DNA from: Candidatus Woesebacteria bacterium RIFCSPLOWO2_01_FULL_39_23
Lineage (GTDB): Bacteria; Patescibacteriota; Microgenomatia; UBA8517
Reading direction: 5' to 3'
Length of the DNA stretch: 54,496 nucleotides
Assembly: GCA_001793095.1 (NCBI GenBank)
Contig: MGHG01000015.1
Location: forward strand, 1 to 54,496
Shown: positions 47,051-54,496 of the stretch, piece by piece
How the letters are laid out: the number at the start of each line of letters is the position of its first letter
Position numbering within the stretch: position 1 is the first letter of the stretch
Notes under the pieces: generated by a model
The model's database searches: none
What the model saw: only the letters and a program-made list of their open reading frames with translations
What the model was told of the DNA's origin: nothing
Translations under genes and position numbers: made by a program

Positions 47051-47942
47051 TTATAAGTTAGAAACTGCGATAAATGGTTTTCTAGGCTATTTAAGAAGTG
47101 TTAAACGCCTCTCAAACAGGACTATTAAAGCATATCAATATGATTTGACAAGCTTTTTAGGTTATTTCAGAGATAATAACGTCTTAGATATAGAAGACAT
47201 ATCGAAAGAGCATATCAACCAATATTTATCTTGTATAACATTATCAAAAACAGGTTCAACAGCAAATTACAATAGAAAATTATCTTGCATAAGGTCTTTT
47301 TACAATTATTTAGGGCAAAAAGGATTCAATAAAGCTTTTATTGAAGAATATCGGCCAGTTAAGAACCACTCTAGACAAATAAGTTATTTAACGGAGGTCG
47401 AAAAGAAAAAATTTATAGATACAGTTAAATATCACTCTACCCCTTTTTATAAAATTCGAGATTTATCAATAATATCACTCTTTCTAAATACAGGAATTAG
47501 AGTAAGTGAGCTTGTTAATCTTAGGATTGACGATATAGATTTTAGAAAGGAAGGCTTCAGTTATATTCGAATTACGAGAAAAGGCGGCAGTGAGGAAACT
47601 CTTCCATTATCGAATGAGGTTGCAAAAAGAATACAGAAATATTTAAAGAAACGTCCACAAATTAAAGAAAGAAGAGTATTTATAGGCCGTAAAGGAACAA
47701 ACTTACAAGCTAACTCTATATATTACTTAGTCAAAAAATATTTAAGAAAAGCCGATATAAATAAGAAAAAAATGGGACCCCATATGTTAAGGCATACAGT
47801 AGGGGTCAGCCTTCTGAAAAAGGGAGTTGATTTGTTTACCATTCAAAAGATCTTAGGTCATAAAAGATTGGACACTACTTCTGTTTACCTACATGTAGAA
47901 CCGGAAGATATTGAACGCGCTATTAATCTTATCACCATATGA
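47037..47942 (+). CDS. XerC/D-like tyrosine recombinase
   Basis: SAM-like N-domain (LS.RT..AY..DL); catalytic TGIRVSE, RKGG, HMLRH, LGH, TSVY. Confidence 0.93.
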   Translation: MKMSSYKLETAINGFLGYLRSVKRLSNRTIKAYQYDLTSFLGYFRDNNVLDIEDISKEHINQYLSCITLSKTGSTANYNRKLSCIRSFYNYLGQKGFNKAFIEEYRPVKNHSRQISYLTEVEKKKFIDTVKYHSTPFYKIRDLSIISLFLNTGIRVSELVNLRIDDIDFRKEGFSYIRITRKGGSEETLPLSNEVAKRIQKYLKKRPQIKERRVFIGRKGTNLQANSIYYLVKKYLRKADINKKKMGPHMLRHTVGVSLLKKGVDLFTIQKILGHKRLDTTSVYLHVEPEDIERAINLITI

Positions 47943-49627
47943 ATATGTTAGGAACATATGACCATCATGCAACTTATGTAAATGAAGATAGTGGGCTCCA
48001 AAAGTCAAAATTTATAGTGGCAGTATATATACGAGTCTCCGGTGAATCGCAAGCCGAAAAAGACAAAGTCAGCTTAGACATTCAAAAGAAAGACTCATTG
48101 AATTATGCAAACAAACAATGTTGGAGAGTATTTAAAGTTTATGAAGATGTTTTAACTGGCTATTTAGACTTTGAAAACAGAATCGGAGGAAAAGAACTTT
48201 TGGATGATGCAAGACAAGGAAAATTTAATTTAGTACTACTTTGGGATAGTGATAGGACTGGCAGGGACCCTGAAGCTTTGGCAGCAAAGCTTTTTAGGCA
48301 TTATATGAGAGAGTTGGGAATACAAGTTACGTCACTTGACCAGCCCCTTATTCTAAAAGACCCAGATGAATATAAATATGACCCATATGATGAGGGACAA
48401 ATATTTATGGAAACAATACATGACTTACAAAGTGCTACTACAGTAAGCAAGTTTAGACGTAGAAGTATGGAGTCAAAGCAAGAGAGGGCTAGGGGTGGAA
48501 AGATGCTTAATACACCGCCCTACGGTTATAAGCTTGAGCCCCTTCGAGACGAAAATGGAAACATCATTATTAAAAAAGATGGCAGGATCGTTTATAAAAG
48601 AGTCGTTCAAGAGAAAGAAAAACCTATCGTTTTGAGAATTTATCATGAATACGTATTTAAAGGTAAAAGCATGAATGGAATTAGAGATCAGTTAAATGCT
48701 GAAGGTGTACCTACACGTAAAGGCAGACATTGGGAGAGAGCTATGGTTGCCAGAATATTGAAAAATCCAGTTTATTTTGGAGCATTAATCTATAACAAAT
48801 ATTTTAGAAGAAAAAATGCTTTAACAGGCACAACGAAAATGGGAAAAAATCCGTTCGAGAAATGGATTGTAGTTCCTCCCGGACAAACGGAACATGAGGC
48901 AATTATTAAAAAAGATTTATTTGATAAAGCTCAAGAGGTAAGGAAAGCAAAATTAAGATTAGGATCGGTGGCAGTTTATAACGACTTCTTATTAAGTGGA
49001 TTATCTAAGTGTGAAATATGCGGCAGTAAGATGTATCGAACGAAAGTAAAAACAACTTATACGAGGAAAAGTGATGGAGTTACAACAAAATCTCAAAGTA
49101 ATGGTTATATATGCGGAAGATGGCAGAGGTTTAGAGATACAGAAAGAAACTATATATCTGAGTCAGAGTTAAAGAGTGCTGTAATAAACGACTTAAAACG
49201 TCTAAAAGATAACCCAGATGTCTTAAAAGGATTTTTAGCTGAAAGCGATAAAAAAAAGGTAGATGACATTTCGAGTAGGTTGGAGTTTTTAAGGAGTAAC
49301 CTATCAAAAATAGACAGCAGATATAGTCGTCTAAGGCGTGCTTACGAATATGGAAGTTTATCAATGACTAAGTTTAATGATGCGGTAGACGAGTTAGGGC
49401 ATGAAGAAGGGGTTATGAGGGAACAAGTTGTAAAACTTGAGAGCCAGATAAAAGATGAACAAAGAAGGGAGCTTACCAGAGAAGATTTTAAACAGGCAAT
49501 TAACAGGTTTGAGGAAATATTTCTAAAAGGAGACATTGCTGACCAAAAAGCATTTTTAAGATCTCTAATACAAGAAATTGTGGTTGGTAATAAGAAGATA
49601 ACTATCAATTATTTAATTAGTAGATAA
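47939..49627 (+). CDS. Large serine recombinase (integrase)
   Basis: YIRVS catalytic Ser, DRTGR, PPYGY, ILKNPVYFG, HEAII, zinc ribbon LSGL.KCEICG..YIC, coiled coil. Confidence 0.95.
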   Translation: MNMLGTYDHHATYVNEDSGLQKSKFIVAVYIRVSGESQAEKDKVSLDIQKKDSLNYANKQCWRVFKVYEDVLTGYLDFENRIGGKELLDDARQGKFNLVLLWDSDRTGRDPEALAAKLFRHYMRELGIQVTSLDQPLILKDPDEYKYDPYDEGQIFMETIHDLQSATTVSKFRRRSMESKQERARGGKMLNTPPYGYKLEPLRDENGNIIIKKDGRIVYKRVVQEKEKPIVLRIYHEYVFKGKSMNGIRDQLNAEGVPTRKGRHWERAMVARILKNPVYFGALIYNKYFRRKNALTGTTKMGKNPFEKWIVVPPGQTEHEAIIKKDLFDKAQEVRKAKLRLGSVAVYNDFLLSGLSKCEICGSKMYRTKVKTTYTRKSDGVTTKSQSNGYICGRWQRFRDTERNYISESELKSAVINDLKRLKDNPDVLKGFLAESDKKKVDDISSRLEFLRSNLSKIDSRYSRLRRAYEYGSLSMTKFNDAVDELGHEEGVMREQVVKLESQIKDEQRRELTREDFKQAINRFEEIFLKGDIADQKAFLRSLIQEIVVGNKKITINYLISR

Positions 49628-49642
49628 AGGGGGTGATTAAAC

Positions 49643-50161
49643 ATGAAGGAAACAGAAAAGATTAAAAAATGCCCTCATTGTGATAAAGATATTTCATTTC
49701 GAGCTAAGAAATGTCCTTATTGCCAGTCAGATTTGCGAAGTTGGGTAAATAGACATCCCATTTTAGCTTTCTTAAGTGCAATAATCTTATTACCGTTCTT
49801 TTTGATGATAGTGGTTGGATCAACTACAGATACTAATGAGTCAGTAGAACAAACGCCACGAAGAGAATCTTTTAGGGCTAATGTGAATTTTACAGGTACC
49901 CAATTTGTAATAAGTAATTTGGATGATGTGGATTGTTTGGGATCGCAAATGAGTATAAATGGAGGATTACTCAAAGGAGGTTATGAATTGAATGACTACA
50001 ACTTGAGAGCAGGTGAGACTTATACAGTAGGTGCTCTGCAGTTTGCTGATGATAGCGGTAATAGGTTTAATCCATTAACGACTAAACCTAAAACTTTTTA
50101 TATTTACTGTCGAGGTAATAATGAATTGCATGGTACGGGGTGGGGAGGAGAGTTTAACTAG
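49643..50161 (+). CDS. Zinc-ribbon membrane protein
   Basis: CPHC..CPYC, TM helix, extracytoplasmic domain; SD AAGGGGGTGAT. Confidence 0.65.
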   Translation: MKETEKIKKCPHCDKDISFRAKKCPYCQSDLRSWVNRHPILAFLSAIILLPFFLMIVVGSTTDTNESVEQTPRRESFRANVNFTGTQFVISNLDDVDCLGSQMSINGGLLKGGYELNDYNLRAGETYTVGALQFADDSGNRFNPLTTKPKTFYIYCRGNNELHGTGWGGEFN

Positions 50162-50299
50162 TCGAGGATACTTTATCATTAAAGTTAAGTGTTTTCTCTG
50201 AGGCTAGCTTGATGAATAAAAATTGAGATTTTATAAAAGATGATTACCCATACCTCTTTTAGGTAAAATTGATTTTTAATTCAGGTAAAAAAATGCTAT

Positions 50300-50950
50300 T
50301 TACTTCCCTTTTAAAAGGTTTATAAGTTTCCCTTGGACTACAAAATTGTTAACAATTGGACTGTATTTTGGATTAGCGGGAACTAGAATTGGCCAACCAT
50401 CAACGATTTTGAATTTTTTCAAAGTAACTCCCCTATCTGGTATCAAAGCTGCTACGATATCTCCATCATTTGCTATAGGCTGTGAGGCAATGATAGCTGT
50501 ATCGCCATCATCTATTCCAGCACCAATCATGCTATCACCTGTAACTTTTACAGCAAATACATTTGTAATACCTTTTGTGTCTTGTATTGAGACATCAATT
50601 TTAGAATCACTGAATTCGTCGACCATAGAAGCGTAGCCGGCAGGTATTGGGGAGGTCATTAAGGGAATGGAGATTGTTTCTTCTTCCTCTGCAAATGGTA
50701 CGGAAACTGTTTTATTAGAAGAAGTTCCTAGTAGAGCGGGGTTTAAATAAATACCTCTCGCGCCACGGTTCCTTGTAATATAACCAGCTTCTTGTAATGC
50801 TTCGAGTTGCAAGATTACGCCCCGTGTGGATTTGATGCCAGATGCTTTTTGAATTTCTCTTATTGTGGGCGAATTACCAAAAGTGTTTACTTGAGTAACT
50901 ATAGTATCTAATACTTTTTTCTGCCTATCTGTGAGATTTTTATAGTACAT
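50300..50950 (-). CDS. lexA: LexA-like repressor (wHTH plus S24 peptidase)
   Basis: LTDRQ..PTIREI..L...GYI.R..ARGI; AG cleavage site (IPAG), GDSM Ser, TLKK Lys. Confidence 0.9.
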   Translation of the reverse strand: MYYKNLTDRQKKVLDTIVTQVNTFGNSPTIREIQKASGIKSTRGVILQLEALQEAGYITRNRGARGIYLNPALLGTSSNKTVSVPFAEEEETISIPLMTSPIPAGYASMVDEFSDSKIDVSIQDTKGITNVFAVKVTGDSMIGAGIDDGDTAIIASQPIANDGDIVAALIPDRGVTLKKFKIVDGWPILVPANPKYSPIVNNFVVQGKLINLLKGK

Positions 50951-51014
50951 TAATAATTTGTTTACTTGGTATACTTGACTTATGTTTACCTAAAATGTTA
51001 CCATTCTTGCAGTT

Positions 51015-51041
51015 CTTATGTCAAGCATATTTTGGCATAAG
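51015..51041. promoter_or_regulatory. Candidate operator in the lexA/CBASS divergent region
   Basis: CTTATGTCAA-N7-TTGGCATAAG inverted repeat (1 mismatch) overlapping a minus-strand TTGACA at 51019-51024. Confidence 0.45.
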
Positions 51042-51054
51042 AGGAAATCAAAGA

Positions 51055-51348
51055 ATGATAATAGCAGATTACAACTTCGAAGGTCCGTGGTCTTTAGATC
51101 AAATCTTCAATGATGTTCCTGGTATTTATGTAATTTATACTTCCCAAAAATGGTTGGATGTGGGAGAAACAGATAAATTAGGTCAACGCCTTAATGGAGA
51201 AAACCATGAGAGGAAATCTCAGTGGATTTTGAATTCTAATAGACTTCCAATAAGTATTGCATTTTTACAGGTTGACAACATAGCTCTTAGATTAGTGGTT
51301 GAGTCTCGGTTAAGACAGGTATTGTCTCCCGTTTGTGGAGAAAAGTAA
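51055..51348 (+). CDS. Small GIY-YIG-like nuclease
   Basis: PGIYVI...DVGET..L..RL...H..W...R...E pattern. Confidence 0.6.
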   Translation: MIIADYNFEGPWSLDQIFNDVPGIYVIYTSQKWLDVGETDKLGQRLNGENHERKSQWILNSNRLPISIAFLQVDNIALRLVVESRLRQVLSPVCGEK

Positions 51349-51350
51349 AA

Positions 51351-51902
51351 ATGAATTTAGACAAAATAAGCTCTGCATTAACTATTTGGGATATTGTCAA
51401 AGTAGCATTTGGATTCTTGGTTCTCTTTTTTGGATTCCTGATTATATTTTGGAGGTCAATTAAAGTCTTTTTTCGATTAGGTAGAAATTTAGGTCGTAAA
51501 GTTTTTGTCTTTTGTCCTCCCGGAGGAAACAGGAATTCTGGAACTAATAAAAATATGGAACGGGAGCTAATAGTTCTCAGAAATTCTGGTTATTTTGAAG
51601 TACCTAAACAACCAATAACTGATTTTAATTCGATTGATGTTGTTGATATCGAAAAAGCTGGAGTGATCGTATTGGGATATCATCAGGAAATGAAAAACTT
51701 TAATGAATTTGTTGACTTAGTTAGACATGTCGGTAAACCTCTTATTATTTACACTTTTGAGTTGGGGTATCAACTTAAAGAAGAACATAGAAAAAAAGTT
51801 AAAGGTTACAAATGGTATGTGTTATCGAGTATGCCGCTTCGATTAGTGAGCGACCTCTTTGCTGTTATGGCTTCATATAAATATGAACAAGAACGAAATT
51901 AA
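51351..51902 (+). CDS. Putative CBASS effector: single TM plus Rossmann-like soluble domain (possibly NARF)
   Basis: N-terminal TM, alternating beta/alpha pattern (VFVF, VIVLG, LIIY); overlaps the CD-NTase start. Confidence 0.5.
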   Translation: MNLDKISSALTIWDIVKVAFGFLVLFFGFLIIFWRSIKVFFRLGRNLGRKVFVFCPPGGNRNSGTNKNMERELIVLRNSGYFEVPKQPITDFNSIDVVDIEKAGVIVLGYHQEMKNFNEFVDLVRHVGKPLIIYTFELGYQLKEEHRKKVKGYKWYVLSSMPLRLVSDLFAVMASYKYEQERN

Positions 51903-53313
51903 TACCACTCTAGAAGAATTTTGTAGAAAATATTTATCCCCTTCATCAGACGAGAGGACGTCAATTTCCAAACTCTATAAACAGCTTCAAGATATATTGC
52001 CAGGTAATGAGATTTTTCAAAGTGGTTCATATAAAAGGGAAACAGCGGTAACCCCCGTTCATGACTTAGATGTAATTTGGGTGTTACCTGAATCTTTACA
52101 GGTATCAGGAGAGGAGTTGTTTTCTAGAATCAGTCAAGGAGAACCTTTTTATTTTGATGTCAAAAAACCGCTTGAAAGTTTAGCTTCGGTGTTGACTGAC
52201 GGTTATAGAAAAGTTGGTATGGATATAAAAATAGACTTGTCGCAAACACACTCTGTAAATATATCCTTTCCTAAAGAAAAAGACTTCTCAGTAGACGTTG
52301 TTCCTGCTCTGAGGTCAGGTAGAAAAAACAAGTATGGAGATGATGTCTACCTGGTACCTGAAATTCAGAAGTTTAGTCGTGGAAGGCGAGTTGAAATGTA
52401 TAAAGCATACGGTGAAAAAATTCCGTGGATTTTGTCTGACCCAAAAGGTTATACAAGTCAGTCATTAGAGCTTAATTCGAATCTAAGTTATAGAAAAACA
52501 GTTAAATTTGCCAAAGTTTGGAAGAAATCGTGCAATGCGAGTTTGATAGACTTTGAGTTGAAATCTTTCCATTTAGAGCTGATTGTTGTCGATATATTTC
52601 TCCGAAACAAAAGTATAAATTTTTTTGATGCTATCTGTCTTTTTTTCAGCAACCTGGACACATGGCTAGCAGCTCCAACAATACCAGATATGGCAGACTG
52701 TAATATGTTTGTAGATAGTTATTTAAATGATGACGTTGCAGGCTTGCAAAGAGAACGAGCTATAAACTTTGCTTCAAAAACCCTAGATAGGCTGCAGAGT
52801 ATGTTACTAAAAAATAATATCGATGAGCTTTATTTATTGCTCAGGGAATCTTTAATTTCCACACCTCCATGGGGCGCTAACTCGTCTGCGAGAAAATTAG
52901 AAATTACTTGCCAGATTGAACGTAGAGAGAAAGATAAATTTCGCAACTCAACTAATTTGAAAAGAATAAAGAGTAATCTGCCAAGTTATGCGCTTCAAGC
53001 GATTAACGGACCGAAGCCTATGATCTCTGGGGAATATATTGGAAAAGAATATTTTTTACTTTTTACTCCTCTGATTGATGGATTAGAGTATGATGATATA
53101 CGATGGTTGGTTGTGAATAACGGTATAGAAGCTTTAGATATTGCCAGAATAGGAGGCTGGAGGGGTAATGAGTTTCATTTCTGTGAGAAAGATTCTATTT
53201 CTCGAGAAGAGCATACAGAATATCCAGGTATGCATTGGATTGAGTGCTATGTAATTAAAGAAGGAGTCTGCGTAGGCTCAGGCAAGTTCTACGTAGGAAT
53301 TAGATCAGATTGA
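51883..53313 (+). CDS. cGAS/DncV-like nucleotidyltransferase (SMODS) with C-terminal AGS-C domain
   Basis: QSGSYKRETAV.P.HDLDV, VDVVPA, SDP, K.WK, KSFHLEL; AGS-C motif W.VVNNG.EA..RG...E.T.Y.G.HWIECY. Confidence 0.88.
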   Translation: MNKNEINTTLEEFCRKYLSPSSDERTSISKLYKQLQDILPGNEIFQSGSYKRETAVTPVHDLDVIWVLPESLQVSGEELFSRISQGEPFYFDVKKPLESLASVLTDGYRKVGMDIKIDLSQTHSVNISFPKEKDFSVDVVPALRSGRKNKYGDDVYLVPEIQKFSRGRRVEMYKAYGEKIPWILSDPKGYTSQSLELNSNLSYRKTVKFAKVWKKSCNASLIDFELKSFHLELIVVDIFLRNKSINFFDAICLFFSNLDTWLAAPTIPDMADCNMFVDSYLNDDVAGLQRERAINFASKTLDRLQSMLLKNNIDELYLLLRESLISTPPWGANSSARKLEITCQIERREKDKFRNSTNLKRIKSNLPSYALQAINGPKPMISGEYIGKEYFLLFTPLIDGLEYDDIRWLVVNNGIEALDIARIGGWRGNEFHFCEKDSISREEHTEYPGMHWIECYVIKEGVCVGSGKFYVGIRSD

Positions 53314-53378
53314 GACTCGTTTTGTTTCTCTTCATATCTGGAAACTACAACCAACCGTTGCAATATTTTTAAAATAAA

Positions 53379-53413
53379 AACAAACTAAATGATATGCACG
53401 TTGACGTCCCAAG
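53379..53413 (+). other. attR junction (P arm, core TGCAC, B' arm)
   Basis: AACAAAC-TA-AATGATATG-CA-CGTTGACGTCCCAAG. Confidence 0.85.
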
Positions 53414-53792
53414 TGTAGAGGTGCAGAAGTTAACCGAAAGTTCAACCCGTTCGGCCAGCTCAGGGTTGATGCTGAGCAAAGTCGAAGCATCGAAGGAAAT
53501 TCAAAAACGAGTACAAAGCGCAAGGAATATTCAAATTAAAAGATTCAAGGGAACCTTTATTAAATCGAACGCCGAAATGAGTACTAAGGACGTTAAAAAG
53601 TATTGCGAAATGTCGACGGACTGCAGAATGATGATGATATCAGCAACGGCTAGTATGAATTTAACAGCCAGGTCTTACTTTAAAGTAATCAAAGTTGCCA
53701 GAACAATCGCTGATTTAGAAGGAGTAAAAAATATTACAACAAATCATCTAGCAGAAGCACTTCAATATCGGCCTCAAGAGGAAGAGTTTTAA
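53397..53792 (+). pseudogene. comM: Displaced native 3' end of comM
   Basis: HVDVPSVEVQKL...RVQSARNIQ..NLTARSY.KVIKVARTIADLEG...EALQYRPQ, collinear with 38782-39150. Confidence 0.9.
53442..53490. repeat. Pair of REP-like units in frame in the native comM tail
   Basis: TCAACCCGTTCGGCCAGCTCAGGGTTGA plus ATGCTGAGCAAAGTCGAAGCAT (reverse complement ATGCTTCGACTTTGCTCAGCAT). Confidence 0.7.
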
Positions 53793-53845
53793 AAATGAAA
53801 TTTAAAAGTAAAAACAGGAATTGCTGATATAATTGCTTTATAAAT

Positions 53846-54348
53846 ATGAATGATTTTAGCAAATACACAGATTATAAAACGGTTCTTTCGGTAAACGCTT
53901 TAATATTTTGTGATGGTAAAGTGTTACTACTCAAAAGAGCTGATGATAAAAAAGTTGATCCAGGATTTTATTCAGGGATTGGTGGAAAAGTCGAGCCGCA
54001 TGAAAGTTTTATAATGCGCTACTTAGAGAAATAGAGGAAGAAACTGGAATTAAAGAATTTGAAGACGTCAGACTCTTTTCTGTAACTCAACATCCATTTC
54101 CTCCAACTGATTCTGAATGGGTAAACCTATACTTTATAGTAAATATTAAAAAGCAAATAGAAATTAAACCTTCAAGTGAAGGAACTTTCCACTGGCACAA
54201 CCCTAAAAATATAAATTCATTGCCAATGGTTAAGGATTTGAAGGAATATCTAAAAACCCTGACAGTTAACCCAAAAGCATTTATCTTCGGTTTTTTCGAC
54301 CACGATAAAGAAGGTAATTTAATAAGCAAAACAACAAATACACTTTAA
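53846..54348 (+). pseudogene. NUDIX hydrolase split by a 1-nt frameshift
   Basis: GGKVEPHESF continues in another frame as YNALLREIEEETG...TNTL*; one T is missing at 54007-54010. Confidence 0.85.
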
Positions 54349-54403
54349 GCTTTTTCACTAATCAGATTTGAATCGGACTACTGTCTCTCAGAGCAATCAA
54401 ATC

Positions 54404-54496
54404 GGTATGTTTCCGTAAATATCCGGCACTAATGCCTTTCTAAAGGTGGTTTCATACCAAGACTTATATGGGGTCTATGGTAATGATATCTCTCAA
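54404..54496 (-). mobile_element. 3' end of a second IS481/IS3-like transposase (partial; stop codon at 54429-54431)
   Basis: Minus strand reads ERYHYHRPHISLGMKPPLERH*, matching the Y...RPH.SL...P motif; exact terminus uncertain. Confidence 0.65.

Larger units (their letters stand above)
38782..53398. mobile_element. 14.6-kb integrative element inserted in comM
   Basis: Shared core TGCAC at 38780-38784 and 53395-53399, palindromic reconstructed attP, displaced comM 3' end, encoded recombinases. Confidence 0.88.

Noticed and set aside
38782-53398. Prophage or ICE
   Set aside because: No structural, packaging, lysis or conjugation genes recognised.
465-54329. Numerous antisense or overlapping ORFs in the track (e.g. 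465-686, 2360-2722, 9466-9846, 24317-24688, 38373-38726, 49342-49608, 54087-54329)
   Set aside because: Shadow frames of well-supported genes, with no motifs.

Overview
Low-GC bacterial window whose gene content and repeats suggest Patescibacteria/CPR, probably Microgenomates (inference). Both edges are 3' ends of IS481/IS3-like transposases. 1-37.5 kb is chromosomal: rny, an AsnRS-paralogue/MGS fusion, HU, an ABC exporter, miaA, a hairpin-expanded RNase P RNA, a type IV pilus cluster with an M23 peptidase, a candidate small-molecule synthesis/export/sensing cluster (amino-acid dehydrogenase, SnoaL-like, MFS, ThiF, PaaK-like ligase, methyltransferase, 7TM histidine kinase, receivers), glucan phosphorylase and SOD. 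The main discovery is a 14,615-bp element (38782-53398) integrated inside comM. Its att sites can be reconstructed directly from the sequence. It supplies an in-frame replacement comM 3' end so the gene stays intact. It carries nine small enzyme/transporter genes, an Xis/tyrosine-recombinase/large-serine-recombinase operon, and a CBASS-like operon (GIY-YIG-like, TM effector, CD-NTase-AGS-C) divergent from a LexA-like repressor. REP-like palindromes sit in frame in genes and in rnpB, and there are two miniature IS200/IS605-like elements. All protein calls come from motif recognition by eye; no database searches were run.
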